A stretch of DNA of 63,313 nucleotides, filler included. It is 3 parts of 3 records of this genome, joined end to end, with 100 filler letters (N's around TTAATTAATTAA, not from the genome) between each part and the next. Parts side by side here need not be neighbours in the genome. Positions count along the whole stretch, not along the records: positions 31,014 to 40,331 come from SRR22947725_8037; positions 40,432 to 63,313 come from SRR22947725_8050; 1 more part is not named here. The stretch is one strand, 5' to 3'. Position numbers and translations under genes: made by a program. The notes below the pieces were generated by a model. The model did no database searches. It was given only the letters and a program-made list of their open reading frames with translations, and had not been told where the DNA came from. The first letter of the stretch is position 1. Each line of letters begins with the position of its first letter. Below, piece after piece: positions 32,982-42,210 of this stretch.

Positions 32982-33824
32982 CTACAGTGGGGCCCAAGCT
33001 CGCATGCAGTGATCCACCACATCGGCGCACTCGCGGTTTTCGCGAACGTCGTGCACCCGGACGAAGTCGACCCCGGCCTGGATGCCGAGGGCGGTCGTGG
33101 CCAGCGTGCCACTGAGGCGCGCCTTCGGGTCTTTAAGGTCGAGCAGTTTCGCAATCATCGACTTGCGCGAGGCACCTAATAAGACAGGGTAGCCTAAATC
33201 ACAAAGTTCCGGCAAACGCCGCATGATGGCCCAGTTATCTTCATAACTTTTGCCAAAGCCGAGCCCCGGATCGAGTATGATAGCATCGTCCCGTAGGCCG
33301 GCGGCTTTAACCAGGCGAATCGACTTTTGCAAAAAGCTGAGCACCGCCTCCATCACATCGCCGACGCCGGCCTCCTCGGCGGGGCGGTTGTGCATGAGAA
33401 TACAACTGGAACCCGAAGCACCGATCACCTCTGCCATGCGGGGGTCGCGCTGCGCGCCCCAGACGTCGTTGACAATATCGGCACCCACGGCGAGCGCGGC
33501 CTCGGCGACCTCAGCCTTCGAAGTGTCGATAGAGATGAGGGCGTCCGTGTGCGGACGAATTTTCTCGATGAAAGGGACCACCCGGGCGATTTCCTCCGGC
33601 ACAGGGATGGGCACATGTCCGGGGCGCGTGGACTCGCCCCCGATATCGATCAAGTCCGCACCCGCGCTGAGCATGGAATGGAAGTGCAGGGCGGCCGCAT
33701 CATGGTCGACGAAGTCACCGCCATCGGAAAAGGAATCGGGCGTGAGGTTTAAAATTCCAACCAGATAGGTGCGACGACCAAGCGGGAGAGCTTTGCGTGG
33801 GGTGTGGTAGATGCGTTCTTTCAT
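32982..33824 (-). CDS. folP: Dihydropteroate synthase
   Basis: GILNLTPDSFSDGG, GGESTRPG, DPGLGFGK, SRKS, RVHDV. Confidence 0.96.
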   Translation of the reverse strand: MKERIYHTPRKALPLGRRTYLVGILNLTPDSFSDGGDFVDHDAAALHFHSMLSAGADLIDIGGESTRPGHVPIPVPEEIARVVPFIEKIRPHTDALISIDTSKAEVAEAALAVGADIVNDVWGAQRDPRMAEVIGASGSSCILMHNRPAEEAGVGDVMEAVLSFLQKSIRLVKAAGLRDDAIILDPGLGFGKSYEDNWAIMRRLPELCDLGYPVLLGASRKSMIAKLLDLKDPKARLSGTLATTALGIQAGVDFVRVHDVRENRECADVVDHCMRAWAPL

Positions 33825-33896
33825 GGTATACGGTGGTTTGCGCAGGCTCGCCGCAGAACTGGCCTCTGAGCAACATAGGCATGCTCGCAGCCCAGG

Positions 33897-34916
33897 TCAG
33901 CCCATCGGGTATGGAAATTTTGCGGAAATGGAATCGATCTTTTGCAGCGTTTCTTCGCTCAGCTTGAGATCTGCAGCCTGAAGACTGGGCTTAAGTTGCT
34001 CGATCGAATTCGCGCCAATAATAGTCGAGGCGACGAAAGCGTGCTGCTTGCTCCAAGCTACGGCGAGTGTGACGACATCGATCTGAAGCTCCCTCGCCAA
34101 TTTAATCAGCTCGGCGGTGGTAGCGAGGCTCTTCTCATTAACAAAGCGATCGGCCATCTGACGCTGACGCTCGCCGTCGCCTTTCAGGTATTCGGTAAAG
34201 CGGGCCCCCTCGGGCAGTGCACCGTCGTTGTATTTACCACTGAGCACACCCCCGCCGATCGGCGAATACGGCAGCAGGCTGATACCTTCGCGCCGACAAA
34301 TATCGGCGAGCGCATCTTCGAAGCGACGGTTGTTGATTGAGAAATTATTTTGAATCGTCTCGTAGCGGGCGCAGCCTTTTTCCAGGGCCTTTTGGTTGGC
34401 CTTCATGGCGCCCCAGGCGGTCTCGTTGGACGAACCGATGACGCGCACTTTACCCTCTTCCTGCAACTCGGTCAGCGTCTGTAGAGTTTCCTCGTATCCA
34501 AAATCGTGATCCGGCCAGTGGGTCTGATAGAGATCCACGTAGTCCGTCTGCAAACGGCGCAGGCTCCCCTCTATGGCCATGCGGATGTGGACGCGGTCGA
34601 GCGCGGCCTTGCCCCCACGGATCGGCGGGGAAAACCAGCCATGCCCGGGGCCTGCCACCTTAGTAGCCAGCAAAATTGAACTGCGGTCTTTGCCCTTCAG
34701 CCACCGACCGACAATCTCCTCGGTGCGGTACACATATTCAGCTTTCGGCGGCACAGGGTAAATCTCGGCTGTATCGAAAAAATCAATGCCTGCCTCATAA
34801 GCATGATCCAGAATCGCGAACGATTCGCGCTCTTCGAGCGTGGAGCCGAATGTCATCGTGCCCAGGCAGATTTCCGATACTACGATGCCGCTACGGCCTA
34901 GACGTCTTTTTTCCAT
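33897..34916 (-). CDS. Aldo/keto reductase (Tas-like)
   Basis: [53 protein letters not shown]. Confidence 0.9.
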   Translation of the reverse strand: MEKRRLGRSGIVVSEICLGTMTFGSTLEERESFAILDHAYEAGIDFFDTAEIYPVPPKAEYVYRTEEIVGRWLKGKDRSSILLATKVAGPGHGWFSPPIRGGKAALDRVHIRMAIEGSLRRLQTDYVDLYQTHWPDHDFGYEETLQTLTELQEEGKVRVIGSSNETAWGAMKANQKALEKGCARYETIQNNFSINNRRFEDALADICRREGISLLPYSPIGGGVLSGKYNDGALPEGARFTEYLKGDGERQRQMADRFVNEKSLATTAELIKLARELQIDVVTLAVAWSKQHAFVASTIIGANSIEQLKPSLQAADLKLSEETLQKIDSISAKFPYPMG

Positions 34917-35004
34917 GTTCTCAATTTAGGCGAAAGACTCGGCGAAAGACAAACGCTTTGGGCAACGATTTTCGTAAGAGCCTGAAACCGCCACCGACCC
35001 CGCC

Positions 35005-35225
35005 CACGTCGACGCGACTGGCGTCACATCGCTACAACACAGATCGAACCCGTAGCGAACATGCGCCAGCGAGGTCGACGGCCAAACGCCAAGCCCAAAC
35101 CACGTCGACGCGAATGGCGTCGCATCGCTACAACACAGATCGAAACCGTAGCGATCATGCGCCAGCGAGGTCGACGGCCAACCACCAACCCCGCCCCACG
35201 TCGACGCGACTGGCGTCGCGCGATG
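35005..35225. repeat. 96-bp tandem array (about 2.3 units) of inverted GTAG-type REP elements (BIME-like)
   Basis: CACGTCGACGCGA recurs at 35005, 35101 and 35197; each full unit holds GTAGCGA..CGCCAG..TCGACG in both orientations. Confidence 0.8.
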
Positions 35226-35303
35226 TCCAATCAATCTTAACTTGCCTCGCTTCAAAGGAAGCCCCAACTTCGACACTAATTTTCCACAAACAACCGACTG
35301 CAA

Positions 35304-36113
35304 ATGCCTGAACTGACCCGAGCACAAAAAGACGAATTCATCGAATTCATCGCCTATCTCTGCGATGAAGCCGCCAAGGAGATCATGCCCCATTACGGCC
35401 CCGACGTGGAAATCGAGCGCAAATCCGACGCCACTCCAGTCACACTGGCCGACCGCAACGCAGAAAAACGCATCCGCGAGATACTGGCCGACCGCTACCC
35501 AGAGCACGGCATCATCGGTGAGGAATATGGCCGTGAGCGCGAAGACGCAGAATTTGTCTGGGTGCTCGACCCGGTCGACGGCACCAAATCCTTTATCTCC
35601 GGAGTCCCCCTTTTCGCGACCCTCATCGCCCTGCTCTACAAGGGCCGTCCGGTGATCGGAGCGATCAATCAACCGGTGCTCAAGCAAATGGTTATCGGCG
35701 ACTGCGAAACGACTACACTGAATGGCAAACCGGTGAGTGGCCGCGAGGCTTGTCCACTGAGCAAAGCCACCCTCTGCACGACCGACCCGATCCGTCAAAC
35801 GCTGTGGCAAAACAACGCGAACTGGACGGCGCTGCCGCCCAAAACCGCACTCTACCGCTCCTGGGGTGACGCGGGCGGCTACATCCTGCTCTGCTCTGGA
35901 TTTATCGACATCATGTGCGACCCGATGATGGAGATCTGGGACTGCGCGGCGATCCTCCCCTGCCTCGAAGGCGCGGGATTCAAAGTGACCGGATGGAAGG
36001 GGGGCGACGCCTTTGAAGAGCGCTGCATCATCGCAGCCAAAGCGCCGCTGCACGCCGAAGTCATGGCCACGCTCTATCCCGCCGAGCCTAAAGCGATCAC
36101 CCATACCTTCTAA
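35304..36113 (+). CDS. hisN: Histidinol-phosphatase, inositol monophosphatase family
   Basis: PVTLADRNAE, IIGEEYG, WVLDPVDGTKSFISG, WGD, WD.AA. Confidence 0.8.
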   Translation: MPELTRAQKDEFIEFIAYLCDEAAKEIMPHYGPDVEIERKSDATPVTLADRNAEKRIREILADRYPEHGIIGEEYGREREDAEFVWVLDPVDGTKSFISGVPLFATLIALLYKGRPVIGAINQPVLKQMVIGDCETTTLNGKPVSGREACPLSKATLCTTDPIRQTLWQNNANWTALPPKTALYRSWGDAGGYILLCSGFIDIMCDPMMEIWDCAAILPCLEGAGFKVTGWKGGDAFEERCIIAAKAPLHAEVMATLYPAEPKAITHTF

Positions 36114-36116
36114 TCA

Positions 36117-37952
36117 ATGGCCGCTCTTCTACAACATGTGCGCACAGGCCTGAGATCGGCAAGGGACTACAATACCCTGGACTTTTGGCCGCTGCGTCAG
36201 TCCTTGAAGGCATACGACCGCAGGTGCTTTAACGGCGACCTGCGCGCGGGGTTCAACGTCGCACTGCTCGCTTTCCCGCAAGGCATGGCCTACGCCCTGA
36301 TTGCGGGCCTACCTATTCAATATGGCATCTATGGTTCAGCCATCGCCGCCATCGTTGCACCCGTTTTTGCCAAGAGCCACTTGATCACACTCGGGCCGAC
36401 CAACGCGACGTCGGTCATGCTGCTCAGCGCATTTGCCAGCCTCGGTATTTTCGGAGCGGACAAACTGAGTATGGTGCCGCTACTCATTTTTATGGTGGGG
36501 CTCTTCATTGTGGTGGGGGCTTATTTCAAGGTAGCCAACCTGGTCCAATATATTTCGCGATCCGTCATCACCGGCTACATCACAGCGGCCGCACTACTCA
36601 TCATCACCAACCAAATCCCGAAATCACTGGGCTTGGAAATGAACGGCAAGGGCGCCACCTTCTACGAGTCGGTGATCTTGATGTCGCAAGCCATCCACAG
36701 TGTTCACTGGCCGACCGTCTTGATCAGCTTGGCAACGGCGGGCCTCTTTTTCGTGTTGAACAAAAAGTTCAAGTCCCTGCCTAACGTTGCCATCAGCCTA
36801 CTCGCTATTTCGGCCCTCACCGAATTCGTGATCGAGTCGCTGCATCTGAAGGTCCTCGGAAGCGAAAGCAGTATCCAATTTTTGTCTGGGATCAACGCAG
36901 CTGACTGGTCCTTGCAGGCACCCGACTTTTCACTTGGCGACGTGCATACACTGGCCAGCCCGGCATTGGCCATCGCCCTGCTCTGTATTCTGGAAGGTAT
37001 CTCCATCGGTAAATCACTGGCCGCCAGAACCGGCGCACGGCTTGATGCCAACCAAGCCATGTTCTCCATCGGCATGGCCAATATCGCCTGCGCGTTTTTC
37101 TCCGGCATGCCGGCCTCCGGGTCGCTCACCCGATCGAGCCTCAACGTGAACAGCGGCGGCCGTACGGTGCTGGCCAGCTACATTTCGGGAATGCTTGTCT
37201 TTGTAGGGGCCTTCATACTCGGACCCTTCACGCAATTTGTGCCGCAGTGCACGCTGGCCGTTCTTGTCATTGCAATTGGCATTTCTCTGATTGACCGGCA
37301 CGCCATTCGAATCGTCAACCTGACGACGAAGTCGGACGCAGTCGTCTTCGGCGCCACGTTCATGAGCGGTCTTTTCATGCCGCTGGACTCGGCCATCTAC
37401 ATCGGCGTAGGCACCTCGATTGTGCTCTTCCTGAAGAAAGTCGCCCGCCCGGAAATGGTCGAGTACGCCTTCAAAGACGATGGCCAACTCGCGGAGATGG
37501 ACAAATTCGAGCAGCGCGCCATACCCCAAATTTCGATCGTGCACGTCGAGGGTGAGCTCTTTTTTGGTGCGGCCGATCTTTTCCGAGATCAGATGCGCCG
37601 GATCTGCGAAGAGCCCAATCTCAAAATCGTCGTGCTCAAGATGCGCAACGCCCATCACCTCGATGCCACTGGAGCGATGGCACTCGAAGAACTGCTCCTT
37701 TACATGGGAGAGAAGAGACGCTACCTAATTCTCAGCGAGGTCAAGGCCGACATGGTCCGCGTGCTCAAAAATTCTGGACTCTTCGATGAAATCGAAGAGC
37801 GCAACATCTTCACTGACGAGCCGAGCAACCCCACGCTGTCGACCGCAAAGGCACTCAAGCGGGCGCAAGAACACTTAGGCACTACCACTGTAGACGTCTC
37901 AATCTACGTCGACCCCGTGCTTGATAAAACGAAACAAGGCGAGCGACCTTAG
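36117..37952 (+). CDS. SulP/SLC26 inorganic anion transporter with STAS domain
   Basis: PQGMAYALIAGLP, GPTNA, SGSLTRS, GELFFGAA, HLDATG. Confidence 0.92.
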   Translation: MAALLQHVRTGLRSARDYNTLDFWPLRQSLKAYDRRCFNGDLRAGFNVALLAFPQGMAYALIAGLPIQYGIYGSAIAAIVAPVFAKSHLITLGPTNATSVMLLSAFASLGIFGADKLSMVPLLIFMVGLFIVVGAYFKVANLVQYISRSVITGYITAAALLIITNQIPKSLGLEMNGKGATFYESVILMSQAIHSVHWPTVLISLATAGLFFVLNKKFKSLPNVAISLLAISALTEFVIESLHLKVLGSESSIQFLSGINAADWSLQAPDFSLGDVHTLASPALAIALLCILEGISIGKSLAARTGARLDANQAMFSIGMANIACAFFSGMPASGSLTRSSLNVNSGGRTVLASYISGMLVFVGAFILGPFTQFVPQCTLAVLVIAIGISLIDRHAIRIVNLTTKSDAVVFGATFMSGLFMPLDSAIYIGVGTSIVLFLKKVARPEMVEYAFKDDGQLAEMDKFEQRAIPQISIVHVEGELFFGAADLFRDQMRRICEEPNLKIVVLKMRNAHHLDATGAMALEELLLYMGEKRRYLILSEVKADMVRVLKNSGLFDEIEERNIFTDEPSNPTLSTAKALKRAQEHLGTTTVDVSIYVDPVLDKTKQGERP

Positions 37953-38061
37953 GTGTCCTTTCCCAATCGCGCGAGTTTTCGGCAGGCTCGGCACGGACTA
38001 AGCAACCGAGTTCCTCTCTATCTTCAGTTAAGGTTTCGCGGGCTGCTCCGTTCATTCATGG

Positions 38062-39228
38062 ATGTTTGAGCCAAGTCAGTCTGCAGCCATAGACGCGTTT
38101 CGGGAATTCCTCCCCCGTGCGGGGCGCGACTATGCCGCTTCACGCAACTATGACTATGGGCCGGACCAGCGGCACAATATTTCTATGCTCTCGCCTTGGG
38201 TGCGCCTGCGAGTGCTCCCAGAATGGACGATCCTGCGCGAAACGCTCAAGCAGCACAGTCCGAGCGTAGCAGCAAAATTTATCGATGAGGTCTGTTGGCG
38301 TACCTACTGGAAGGGCTGGCTGCAACAGCACCCCGGCGTGTGGGATGACTACCTGGAGGAACTGGCAAGCACACGGCGCGCATTCCAGCGGCGAGCCGAC
38401 TACGAAAAAGCCCAAATCGGCGCAACGGGGATCGAATGCTTCGACGCCTGGGCCCGGGAGCTGATCGAGACCGGCTACCTGCACAACCACGCGCGTATGT
38501 GGTTCGCGAGTATCTGGATCCATACACTCCATCTTCCCTGGGTCTTGGGCGCAGCGTTTTTCCACAAGCACCTCTATGATGGGGACCCGGCATCGAACAC
38601 CCTAAGCTGGCGCTGGGTAGCGGGTCTGCACACAGCTGGCAAATGCTACCTCGCGCGCGCCAGCAACATCGAAAAATATACAGACGGGCGCTTCAAGCCA
38701 GACGCCATACTCGCCAACGAGCCGCGAATTCCGGAGACAAGCTTCAGTCGGCCCGAAAAAGTGCCGCTGGCTGACGTGCCCCCACTACCTCAAGCTGGTC
38801 GGCTCGGCTTGATCCTTCACGAGGATGATCTTTCCGCGGTCGACTGGTTAGCGAGAGCCAGTAAGCCCACCACGGTCTGCGGATTCTTCGCCGAAGCAGC
38901 CTATCGCGCGCACGACATCGCCGAAAGAGTGATTGATTTTAGGCGGGCATGCATGGCCTCCGCGCTGCCTGCATCCGCGAAACTGGCTTCCCACACCGAA
39001 TCGGTCATTGAATGGGCCGTTCACCAAGACCTGGATGCCGTGGTTCTCGCTGAACCACCGGTCGGACTCTGGACTCCGATCGTACCTGAGCTGCGCGTTC
39101 GATTGGAGGCCCTCGGCATCGGCCTCCATTGCGCCCGGCACTGGTGGGACGCACATTTCTTTCCCCAGGCGGGAGCGGGATTCTTCAAATTAAAAAAGTC
39201 CATCCCCCAAGCGATCGAACAATTATGA
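38062..39228 (+). CDS. Short photolyase with N-terminal FAD-binding domain (NewPHL-like, inverted domain order)
   Basis: SMLSPW, EVCWRTYW, TGIECFDAW..EL.ETGYLHNHARMWFAS, LYDGDPASNTLSWRW within the first about 200 aa of 388 aa. Confidence 0.85.
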   Translation: MFEPSQSAAIDAFREFLPRAGRDYAASRNYDYGPDQRHNISMLSPWVRLRVLPEWTILRETLKQHSPSVAAKFIDEVCWRTYWKGWLQQHPGVWDDYLEELASTRRAFQRRADYEKAQIGATGIECFDAWARELIETGYLHNHARMWFASIWIHTLHLPWVLGAAFFHKHLYDGDPASNTLSWRWVAGLHTAGKCYLARASNIEKYTDGRFKPDAILANEPRIPETSFSRPEKVPLADVPPLPQAGRLGLILHEDDLSAVDWLARASKPTTVCGFFAEAAYRAHDIAERVIDFRRACMASALPASAKLASHTESVIEWAVHQDLDAVVLAEPPVGLWTPIVPELRVRLEALGIGLHCARHWWDAHFFPQAGAGFFKLKKSIPQAIEQL

Positions 39229-40205
39229 CAAGCATCTACACACAAGCCATGCGGGGAGCCCTCGCCGCCGATGCCGTCGCCATGCCTGTGCACTGGTATT
39301 ACGATACCGACGCGCTCGACCGCGACTATGGACGGCTCGAGGGCTACGTCGTCCCAAAAAACTCTCACAGCGGCAGTATACTCTGGCGCTCAAAATACAC
39401 GCCCCGAAACGAACGCGGCAACATCCTTCACGACCAGGCTCAGTTTTGGGGTCGGCGCGGGATTCACTACCACCAGTTTTTGGAGGCTGGGGACAATACG
39501 GTCAACTACCAGCTCGGGCTGGCGCTCTACCGTCTCGTCTCGGAGCACGGCGGTTACGACCCGGACGCCTGGCTCGAGCGCTACATTGCCTGCATGCTGA
39601 AGCCCGGTTGGCACAAGGACACTTATCTCGAAGAATACCACCGTGCGTTTTTCGACAACTACGCCCAAGGTAAGGCGCCGCGCAAGTGCGGGATCGACGA
39701 CCTGCACATCGGCGGCATCAGCCAAATCCCCTGTCTGCTCGCCGCACTCGACGAGGTCGGCCTGTATGCACCGGACGAATCACTAAAAATCGTCGAAACC
39801 CACATCGACCTGACCCACCGAAACCACCACGTGAGGCAAGCCGCTGCCACACTGACACGATTATTGCAGCAACTCAGCCACGGTTCCGGGCTCCACGAAG
39901 CCCTTGAAAGTGAAGCAGCCGCCTACGCAACGATCGCCCAGTTTGAAACCTGGTCGAAGTTCCCGGATCGGGTCGTGATCGGCCGTCAGTTGACGCCGGC
40001 CTGTTACTTGCCGGAATCCTTCACCGCCAGCCTCTACTTGAGCTGGAAATACGCTGATGAGTTCAGCGCAGGCATACTCGCCAATGCGCATTGCGGGGGA
40101 GACAACTGCCACCGGGGTGCCGTGGTCGGCGCCTTACTGGGCGCGGCCAACGGCGTGCCAGAGCGTTGGCGGAAAGGTCTGAAAGCACTCCCATCCCAGT
40201 CATGA
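39225..40205 (+). CDS. ADP-ribosylglycohydrolase family protein (non-canonical motifs)
   Basis: GALAADAVAMPVHWYYD, LTH, GGDNCHRGAVVGALLGA; ATGA overlap with the photolyase stop. Confidence 0.82.
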   Translation: MTSIYTQAMRGALAADAVAMPVHWYYDTDALDRDYGRLEGYVVPKNSHSGSILWRSKYTPRNERGNILHDQAQFWGRRGIHYHQFLEAGDNTVNYQLGLALYRLVSEHGGYDPDAWLERYIACMLKPGWHKDTYLEEYHRAFFDNYAQGKAPRKCGIDDLHIGGISQIPCLLAALDEVGLYAPDESLKIVETHIDLTHRNHHVRQAAATLTRLLQQLSHGSGLHEALESEAAAYATIAQFETWSKFPDRVVIGRQLTPACYLPESFTASLYLSWKYADEFSAGILANAHCGGDNCHRGAVVGALLGAANGVPERWRKGLKALPSQS

Positions 40206-40331
40206 AAAAGCAGCCCACGAATATTCAAGCCCACCTATGCCCCCTCGACCTCCGTAAGATGCAGATGACCTACGAGACGGAAAACAGTCGGCGCGTCATT
40301 TTTCTACCACCAATGCCAATCAATGACTCCG
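40202..40331 (+). CDS. Possible third operon gene, truncated by contig end
   Basis: ATG at 40202 overlaps the ARH TGA; frame stays open to the contig end. Confidence 0.35.
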
Positions 40332-40431
40332 NNNNNNNNNNNNNNNNNNNNNNNNNNNNNNNNNNNNNNNNNNNNTTAATTAATTAANNNNNNNNNNNNN
40401 NNNNNNNNNNNNNNNNNNNNNNNNNNNNNNN
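40332..40431. other. Artificial contig linker
   Basis: N44 + TTAATTAATTAA + N44. Confidence 0.99.
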
Positions 40432-40432
40432 C

Positions 40433-40729
40433 CTTGGCAATGAGGCCAACGGCATTCATGTGATGCTGGATGACCCAGAAGCCGCAACAGAAATGAGGAA
40501 AACATTACTCACTCAACTGGGCCCTGATTTTGTCGTTTCCACCTGGCTGGACCGAAATAAAGATATTTTTAATGCACTCGTGGTGGAGAAGAATATGATC
40601 CGATTCCTGCTCTTTTTTATCGTGCTGGTAGCCGCCTTCGGCATCACTAGTTCGATGATAACGTTTGTCGTTCAGAAGACTCGTGAAATAGGTATGCTCA
40701 AGGCATTGGGAGCCTCATCCAGACAAGTT
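40433..40729 (+). other. Inverted internal fragment of LolC/E family permease
   Basis: LGNEANGIHVMLDDP..EKNMIRFLLFFIVLVAAFGI..KTREIGMLKALGA; opposite strand to the N-terminal part. Confidence 0.85.
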
Positions 40730-41365
40730 GTATTCGTAGTAACCAATGTCAAAGATACCTTCAATGACATAATCATCGGCAAGCGGTGCTGTGGTCTGTT
40801 CAGCTGGATCCTTTTTAAGTACATCTCTTACCTCTCGTAGTAAGCTCATCGAATAGACCGCAACTGGATCCCCGATGCTCAGCGACAGTCTATTGGCAAG
40901 TGCCGAACCTATGAGCAGGCCATTGCCATCAATGCTCTCAAAATCACCAGCTACCACGCTTTTTTCAAGGTCGCTGACTTGGTCGCTTGTCTCCGAATCA
41001 ATGCCACGAAGAAAAGGTGCTGCAATCTGCGAGTAGCGTTCCCCACGCTGTGTTTCGATGACGATGGGACCTTCGATGAACGGCGATGCTCCTGTGACCT
41101 TGGGTTGATCACGAATAAATCTGGCTACCTGCTGATAATTTTGCATAGGCCCCCCCAGTTTTCGGACGATCAAATGAGATTCAAAGCCGATGATCCGGTC
41201 TCTTAACTGCAAATCAAAACCGGTCATCACGCTAATGACGACAATCAATACCGCCACCCCTAGAACAACACCAATGATCGAAATCAAGGTGATGATGGAT
41301 ACAAACGTCCTTCTTGGTCGCAGATATCTCAGTGCAAATAAAAGTTCGAAAGGCAGTCGAGTCAT
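40715..41365 (-). CDS. Lipoprotein-releasing ABC permease LolC/E family, N-terminal part (interrupted)
   Basis: FELLFALRYLRPRRTFVSIIT..GVVLGVAVLIVVISVMTGF; homology ends at GIFDIGYYEYN. Confidence 0.88.
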   Translation of the reverse strand: MTRLPFELLFALRYLRPRRTFVSIITLISIIGVVLGVAVLIVVISVMTGFDLQLRDRIIGFESHLIVRKLGGPMQNYQQVARFIRDQPKVTGASPFIEGPIVIETQRGERYSQIAAPFLRGIDSETSDQVSDLEKSVVAGDFESIDGNGLLIGSALANRLSLSIGDPVAVYSMSLLREVRDVLKKDPAEQTTAPLADDYVIEGIFDIGYYEYNLSG

Positions 41366-41494
41366 GATCTTGAAAACGAAGCTAAACCGGACCTCTTCTC
41401 TAAAGCAAGTTATGTCTAAGTGGAGTCATCGAAATTCGCAGGATTGGGGGTAAATTTGATCGTTGAGCATGGATGTCCGGCTGTATTTGCGACA

Positions 41495-42088
41495 TCAATC
41501 TGGTTTTCTGGATTCCTTCAAAACTTTGTGCGTTTCACCAAGTAGCCATCGCGTATCAATTGAGATTTGGAGTTGATTTGCAAAAAACATATTGATCAAA
41601 AAGAAAATTGCGGAAGTAACGATCAGATCAGTACTGAAAAACAATGAAACTAAAAGGGCAATAAGGCTCAGGTAACCAATGTTTCGAAACAGAGATACCC
41701 ACAATGAAGATTTAGGGTAAGGATTGAAATATTTTTGATTTGTATCAGCGCCCGCTATTTTTGCAGGCCCAGCGCTATCCTTTACCCACACTTCGGTGAC
41801 ATCATTGGCACCTTCAGTAAACGAAGCACCGATTTTCTTGTCATTCCCTAATTTGAGTGGTGTTGTGAAAGTGTGTTCTCCTCTTTGATATGTAACGGGC
41901 ACCTCCAGATCCACCAAGCCTTGAATCAGGCCTTTGAGATGCTCAATCGATGTTATTTTGGTACCATCAAGCTCCAATATCTTGTCGCCAGGATATAGCC
42001 CGGCCATAAATGCCGGAGAGCCATTTTTGGTGTTTTGAACTGTTGGGGTTGTGTCCATTACATAAAGATTTCCAAGCCACTTTTTCAA
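41495..42088 (-). CDS. PDZ-domain membrane protein (start may be ATG 42058)
   Basis: GSPAFMAGLYPGDKILELDG PDZ signature; C-terminal hydrophobic helices. Confidence 0.7.
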   Translation of the reverse strand: MKKWLGNLYVMDTTPTVQNTKNGSPAFMAGLYPGDKILELDGTKITSIEHLKGLIQGLVDLEVPVTYQRGEHTFTTPLKLGNDKKIGASFTEGANDVTEVWVKDSAGPAKIAGADTNQKYFNPYPKSSLWVSLFRNIGYLSLIALLVSLFFSTDLIVTSAIFFLINMFFANQLQISIDTRWLLGETHKVLKESRKPD

Positions 42089-42210
42089 AGTGAGCTATCC
42101 TTTTTTTATTATTCTTCAACAAAAGGTGAACCGCAAGAAACGTTTTATGGCTTGGAATCAGCCTCTACACTGGGGTTGCAATTCCAGATCCATCCGTCAA
42201 GGTTTAGAAA

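Noticed and set aside
35005-35225. CRISPR array
   Set aside because: Units are nearly identical along their whole 96 bp, lack unique spacers of uniform length, and no cas genes are present; REP/BIME fits better
34676-36104. ORFs 34676-35311(+) and 34926-36104(-) with 32-aa repeats
   Set aside because: They arise from the 96-bp period and overlap the AKR and hisN genes antisense; no family motifs
37989-38004. Sigma54-like promoter CGGCACGGACTAAGCA before the photolyase
   Set aside because: GG-N10-GC spacing is right, but the TTGC element is poorly matched and no activator evidence is present
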